A stretch of 64,000 bases of DNA, taken from positions 1,056,001 to 1,120,000 of the forward strand of contig OZ250173.1 of NCBI GenBank assembly GCA_965238075.1, read 5' to 3'. The notes under the pieces were generated by a model, which saw only the letters and a list, made by a program, of their open reading frames with translations, had not been told where the DNA came from and searched no databases. This stretch comes from Candidatus Entotheonellaceae bacterium. GTDB lineage: Bacteria; Tectomicrobia; Entotheonellia; Entotheonellales; Entotheonellaceae. Of this stretch, positions 59,894 to 64,000 are shown piece after piece. Within the stretch, counting starts at the first letter, position 1; every line of letters begins with the position of its first letter. Made by a program: the position numbers and the translations under genes.

Positions 59894-62422
59894 TTAATCG
59901 GGGGACGCTTGACCGCCGTGCGAAGCTGGATAATGGGTGAGAATTTCATACGTCGAGCCGTCGGTGCTGACGGTGACGGCGCCATGGACGTCGATGCGCC
60001 ACACCCTGACCTGCTGTTCGATCAGGGTGCTCAACACGCGCGGGTGAGGGTGGCCGTAGGGGTTGCCGGCGCCGAGCGAGATGATGCCGTCGCGGGGCCG
60101 CACGTGCCGCACGAAGCCGGGCAGGGTGGAGGTTTTACTGCCGTGATGCGGGACCTGCATGACGTCGGCGCGCAAGTCGTCGCGGTGGGCCACCAGCCAG
60201 TGCTCGGCGGCATGTTGGATGTCGCCGGTCAGCAAAATACGAACCTCCCCATATTGCAGCAGCATGACGAGTGAGCGGTCGTTTTCCGACTTGGGGTTCC
60301 AAGGCATGCGGGCTTGTTCGGCGGCGCTCGGTGGCGACAGCACCGTGAGTCGCAGGTCGCCCCAGCGCCATTCGCGCCGGCCGCTCGGGGCCGTGTGGTG
60401 CCGCGTGTTCCAGCGTTCGCCGGCGGCGAGGATGTCGCGCAGGTAGTCGTATCGCATCGGGGTGCCGTTGGTAAGCAGGTGCTCGGTTGGAAACAGCCGC
60501 AGCACGCTCACCAAACCGCGCGCGTGGTTCGGATGCGGGTGGGTCAGGGCCACGAGGTCGAAGCGCCGGATGTAGCGATCCCAGAGCACCGGGGCGATGA
60601 CGCGGGCGCCGACGTCAAAACGCCCGTCGTAAGTGCCGCCGCCGTCGATCAGCAGATTGTGATTACCGGGCGCCTGCACCAAAATCGCGTCGCCCGTGCC
60701 GACGTCCAAAAAGGTGACGCGTAGCCGATCGCTGCGGGTTTCCAGGACCTGCCAACTCGCGCCCAGCACCACCACTAGGGCACAGGCGCCGGCATACGTC
60801 AACCGTTTCGGCCAACGCCCGGCGAACACAAGACTGGCCAGTGCGCCGTAATAGGCCACGATCATCAAGGCCGAGGGCGAGGCAAGATGGAGCTGCGCGT
60901 TCGGCAGGCCGGCGACCAGATCCGTCAGGTTGACGAGCCACGAGATCGGATAGGCAAGAGCGCTAAAGACAACGGGCGCTGCGTTGGGCCACAACACCAA
61001 CAGGCCGAGGGCCAGCATGCCCGCCGGTACGAGAAGGCCGGCGAGGGGCAGCAGGAGCAGGTTTGTCAGAACGCCGAAGGTCGGCACCGTGTGGAACGCC
61101 TGCATCAGGATGGGCAGCGTGCCGAGGTAGGCCGCCACGCTTGCCGTGGCATACGTCAGCAGGTAGCGACGGAGGCGCTGCCCCCTGCTTGGCGGCGTTG
61201 GGTGCGGTTTCAGGACGGCGGCAGTCGCCAGCAGGATGGCGGCCACCGCGGCAAAAGACAGCCGAAAGCCTACGTCGGCGAAGGCCCACGGATCGACAAA
61301 GACGATGAGCACGGCTGCCAGCACCAGGGCATAGCGGGCGTCGCTGCGCCGTTCGATACACAAGGCCAGCAGATAGCTGCCGACCATCAGCGCGGCGCGC
61401 AGGGTGGGCACGCGCCAGCCGACCAGGGAACAGTACAGCAGTACCGGCGGCAGGCTGAGCATGGCAGCGAAGGGCGTCGGGCGCCAGCCGGGCAGCCGGG
61501 CGCGCGGCAGGCGGCTGCGCACCGTGCGCAACAGCTGCCGCCAGCCGAATAACGTGGCCGCCGCCATGAAGCCCACGTGCAGCCCCGAAACGACCAGCAG
61601 ATGCGCCACCCCGGCGGCGCGAAAATCGGTCTGGACGTCCGCCGGCAGCGAGCCCTTGTGGCCGAGTACGATGGCCAGGAAAACCGCATCGTACGGCGCC
61701 GGCAGACGCCTGGATACCTCAGCGCGCAGCTTTTGCCGCCAGCCTTCCAGGGCGCGCGCCAGACGGAAACCGTCTGGCCGGCGCAGCAGATGCAGCCGCT
61801 CCGGGTTCGTGACGCCACCCACTGCATGAATGCCCCGCCGTTGCATCAGGCCCCGGAAGTCGAACGCCCCCGGATTGCCCGCGGTGCGTGGACGATGCAG
61901 CCGCAGCCGGTCCACTCGTACGACGTCGCCGGGCAGATACGGCAGGCTGTCCGCGTGCACGTTGATGCGGATCAGCCCGCTGACCGCCTCCCACGGCTGC
62001 TCCAAACGCTGCAAACGGTGCAGGCGCAGGTACACGAACTCTCGGTCACCGCGCGGCACCACGGCACGGTCAACGACGCCCTCGACGTGCCAGCGCTCGG
62101 GTTGCTCCGACAACTTGTGCGACACGTGCTCAGGCGGCAACGGCAAGCCGTGCCAGCCGAGATGCAGAGAGGTCAGTACCAAGCCGAGAAACGCCACGCG
62201 GCAGCACCGCCGCGTGTCAACGCAGGGCCAGCGGGGCAAAAGCCCCAACCCCACCGCTGCCAACACGCCGACGACCAACGGGACGGGAAGACGGATCACC
62301 GCGTTAACAGCGCTGCCGCCCAGCAGCCCCGCCGCCAGGCAGAGCAGCGGCCGCTCCCACCCGCGGGCCGCGCAGTCTTCCAGGCGCTGCATGGCAGCGG
62401 CTACCGTTCGACGGTCTAGCAT
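59894..62422 (-). CDS. comEC: DNA internalization competence protein ComEC/Rec2
   Basis: NPGAFD, AHLLVVSGLHVG, DVGTGD, THPHPNH, LTGDI, PHHGS, NPYGHP. Confidence 0.93.
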   Translation of the reverse strand: MLDRRTVAAAMQRLEDCAARGWERPLLCLAAGLLGGSAVNAVIRLPVPLVVGVLAAVGLGLLPRWPCVDTRRCCRVAFLGLVLTSLHLGWHGLPLPPEHVSHKLSEQPERWHVEGVVDRAVVPRGDREFVYLRLHRLQRLEQPWEAVSGLIRINVHADSLPYLPGDVVRVDRLRLHRPRTAGNPGAFDFRGLMQRRGIHAVGGVTNPERLHLLRRPDGFRLARALEGWRQKLRAEVSRRLPAPYDAVFLAIVLGHKGSLPADVQTDFRAAGVAHLLVVSGLHVGFMAAATLFGWRQLLRTVRSRLPRARLPGWRPTPFAAMLSLPPVLLYCSLVGWRVPTLRAALMVGSYLLALCIERRSDARYALVLAAVLIVFVDPWAFADVGFRLSFAAVAAILLATAAVLKPHPTPPSRGQRLRRYLLTYATASVAAYLGTLPILMQAFHTVPTFGVLTNLLLLPLAGLLVPAGMLALGLLVLWPNAAPVVFSALAYPISWLVNLTDLVAGLPNAQLHLASPSALMIVAYYGALASLVFAGRWPKRLTYAGACALVVVLGASWQVLETRSDRLRVTFLDVGTGDAILVQAPGNHNLLIDGGGTYDGRFDVGARVIAPVLWDRYIRRFDLVALTHPHPNHARGLVSVLRLFPTEHLLTNGTPMRYDYLRDILAAGERWNTRHHTAPSGRREWRWGDLRLTVLSPPSAAEQARMPWNPKSENDRSLVMLLQYGEVRILLTGDIQHAAEHWLVAHRDDLRADVMQVPHHGSKTSTLPGFVRHVRPRDGIISLGAGNPYGHPHPRVLSTLIEQQVRVWRIDVHGAVTVSTDGSTYEILTHYPASHGGQASPD

Positions 62423-62463
62423 GGTACGTTCATGGCCACGAGGGTCTCGGGCGAGGGGTTATC

Positions 62464-62492
62464 TTGACGGCTTTGGGCACGCATTATATGAT
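62464..62492 (+). promoter_or_regulatory. Sigma70 promoter of aspS
   Basis: TTGACG-17 nt-TATGAT. Confidence 0.6.
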
Positions 62493-62594
62493 TCTTCGCT
62501 TTCCATAACCCAATGATTTTTCTCTCTGAACATTCCTGAAACCAGTAGTGCTTTGGCGCCCGCCGAAATGCTATCTCAACAGACGGAGGCAGTG

Positions 62595-64000
62595 GTGAAG
62601 CAGTTGGACCCTCTCGGCTCGATGCGTCGTACCCACTACTGCGGCATGTTGCGCCCGGAGCATGTCGGGGCGGAAGTTACCCTGTGCGGTTGGGTACACC
62701 GTCGGCGGGATCATGGGGGCGTGGTTTTCATCGATCTGCGGGACCGCAGCGGCGTGGCGCAGGTGGTGTTCAAGCCGGACGCCGCACCCGTCGCGCACGA
62801 CAAGGCAAGCCGCCTGCGGGCCGAGTTCGTCATGGTCGCTAGCGGGCGGCTGGAGCGGCGCGAGAACGAGGCCATCAACCCCAAATTGCCCACCGGAGAG
62901 GTGGAGCTGATCGCTTCCAACCTGCGCATCCTGAACACCGCCACCACCCCGCCCTTCCCTATCGAGGACGACGCTGCGGTGGACGAGGCGTTGCGCCTGC
63001 GGCACCGTGTGCACGACCTGCGGCGGCCGCTTATGCAGGCGCGCCTCAAGACCCGGCACCACTTGCTGCAATCCGTCCGCGCCGCCTGCAGCGACATGGG
63101 CCTGTACGAAATCGAAACCCCCATCCTGAACCGCTCGACGCCGGAGGGCGCGCGAGATTTTCTGGTTCCCAGCCGCATCTATCCGGGCAGTTTCTATGCC
63201 CTGCCGCAGTCACCGCAGATCATTAAACAGCTTTTGATGATCGCCGGGTTTGACGGCTATTTTCAGATTGCCCGCTGCTTCCGCGACGAGGACCAACGCG
63301 CCGACCGCCAGCTCGAGTTCGCGCAGATCGACATCGAGATGTCGTTCGTGGGCGTCGATGACGTGCTGCAGGTGCTCGAAGAATTGACCGTGCGGGCGTT
63401 TCGCGACGTGTGCGGCGTCGAGTTGCCGCGCCCGTTTCCACGCTACGGCTTTGCCGACGTGCAGGCGCGCTACGGAACCGACCGCCCCGACACGCGCTTC
63501 GGGCTCGAATTGGTCGACCTGTCGGACATCCTCGTCAACAGCGATTTCAACGTTTTCGCGCAGGCCGTGCGCAAGGGCGGCATCGTCAAGGCGCTGCCGG
63601 TGCCGAACGCCGAAGCCGTGTCGCGTAGTGAGCTGGACCGGCTGATCGAGCGCGTACAGGACTGGGGCGCCAAGGGCATGGCATGGATTCGTGTCGCCGC
63701 TGACGGCACGTGGCAATCTCCCATTGCCAAGTACCTGGACGATGCCGAGCAGCAACAGATTACCGAGCGCGCCGGCCTGCGTCCCGGGCATCTGCTGCTG
63801 TTCATCGCCGACCGCCCTGCCCTTGCCAATGACGTTCTGAGCCGCCTGCGCCTCGAACTCGGTAACCGCCTGGGTCGCGGTGACGGACGCGATTGGGATG
63901 CGCTCTTCGTCGTCGACTTCCCGTTGTTCGAGGAAACCGACAACGGTCAGTTGACCTACATGCACATGCCGTTCGTCGCCCCATTGGAGGACGACGTCGA
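62595..64000 (+). CDS. aspS: Aspartate--tRNA ligase, partial (runs off window)
   Basis: MRRTHYCG, GWVHRRRDHGG..FIDLRD, STPEGARDFLVPSR, ALPQSPQ, RCFRDED.RADRQ.EF.QID.EMSF. Confidence 0.95.
   Translation, partial: MKQLDPLGSMRRTHYCGMLRPEHVGAEVTLCGWVHRRRDHGGVVFIDLRDRSGVAQVVFKPDAAPVAHDKASRLRAEFVMVASGRLERRENEAINPKLPTGEVELIASNLRILNTATTPPFPIEDDAAVDEALRLRHRVHDLRRPLMQARLKTRHHLLQSVRAACSDMGLYEIETPILNRSTPEGARDFLVPSRIYPGSFYALPQSPQIIKQLLMIAGFDGYFQIARCFRDEDQRADRQLEFAQIDIEMSFVGVDDVLQVLEELTVRAFRDVCGVELPRPFPRYGFADVQARYGTDRPDTRFGLELVDLSDILVNSDFNVFAQAVRKGGIVKALPVPNAEAVSRSELDRLIERVQDWGAKGMAWIRVAADGTWQSPIAKYLDDAEQQQITERAGLRPGHLLLFIADRPALANDVLSRLRLELGNRLGRGDGRDWDALFVVDFPLFEETDNGQLTYMHMPFVAPLEDDV

Overview
GC-rich bacterial chromosomal window. 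The cadherin/FN3 autotransporter-type adhesin, FGE-domain protein, many TA modules and LLM/amidohydrolase genes suggest a marine-invertebrate (sponge-type) symbiont, which is inference only. The first ~26 kb is accessory-rich: a disrupted adhesin, a RAYT transposase with GTAG-REP doublets bracketing an unannotated secreted (Asn-Pro-Cys)x5 peptide gene, tRNA-fMet, catabolic enzymes, a decayed VapBC, a tripartite RelE/HigB-HTH-unknown operon with a 104-bp tandem duplication, and a glycine-betaine ABC operon split by an IS607 (tnpA+tnpB) inserted at the proV start codon. The rest is mostly core or semi-core: livHMGF-X-K, nuoBCID (NuoB has a triple-repeat tail), AbrB-VapC, iscU/iscS, HDAC, murU/amgK-like, comF, CCA enzyme, TRAP SBP, a UGA-recoded UGSC selenoprotein with partner, HIT, adenylate cyclase, rlmN, coaD, aminotransferase, an archaeal-type FAU-1, three more tRNAs, comEC and the start of aspS. 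Several frameshifts fall in short homopolymers and may be assembly errors. Top leads: the selenoprotein, the REP-bracketed NPC peptide, the TAC-like tripartite TA, the start-codon-regenerating IS607, the NuoB repeats, FAU-1 and a 38-aa basic protein.
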